Assembly (NCBI GenBank): GCA_002269645.1
Contig: NIVC01003053.1
Span: forward strand, 58,979-122,978
Length of the DNA stretch: 64,000 bases
Origin: Macrostomum lignano
Lineage: Eukaryota
Reading direction: 5' to 3'
A program made the position numbers and the translations under genes. Under the pieces are notes generated by a model. It did not search any database and was not told the DNA's origin. It saw only the letters and a list, made by a program, of their open reading frames with translations. Shown piece by piece: positions 63,836-64,000 of this stretch; the stretch's first letter is position 1; the number at the start of each line of letters is the position of its first letter.

Positions 63836-64000
63836 AGGAGAAAAGCTAAAATTTATTGTCAGATGTCAGGAGAGAAAACAAACCTAAAATCAGGAGATGC
63901 GCAAACTAATTTTAGTCGAATATATTCGTGCTCAGGTGACAACCGTACATTCATGCCCAACAAAGAAGCGCAGCTGTCTCACCTGCGATAAGTCCGAACT

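Overview
Eukaryotic, intron-rich DNA with GC-rich exons and introns filled by micro/minisatellites. This resembles the flatworm Macrostomum (inference only). Spliced genes, assembled by hand from splice sites and codon phase: ELMO/CED-12 family gene (-, 3' end outside the window); a GT32-like glycosyltransferase lacking the DxD motif (-); a gene encoding Zn-ribbon + TRIM37-type RING + TM + LAP1/LULL1-like luminal domain (+); two CaaX-terminated AIG1/GIMAP GTPases (-); a shortened SorLA-like receptor with one LDLa, FN3 repeats and a TM (+); and the 3' part of an MFS transporter (-). Mobile elements: a Penelope-like element (PLE) with intact RT/GIY-YIG, a candidate -1 ribosomal frameshift and a 3' hammerhead ribozyme, flanked by a ~2.3-kb direct duplication; a 390-bp tandem tRNA-like/hammerhead retrozyme; three hAT MITEs with 8-bp TSDs carrying a 28S rRNA-like segment; other MITEs, some bearing minisatellites; a CORE-SINE; and relics of Gypsy, LINE and P/THAP9 elements. 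Most long ORFs in the track are artefacts of tandem repeats. All homology calls are motif recognition from memory, not database searches.
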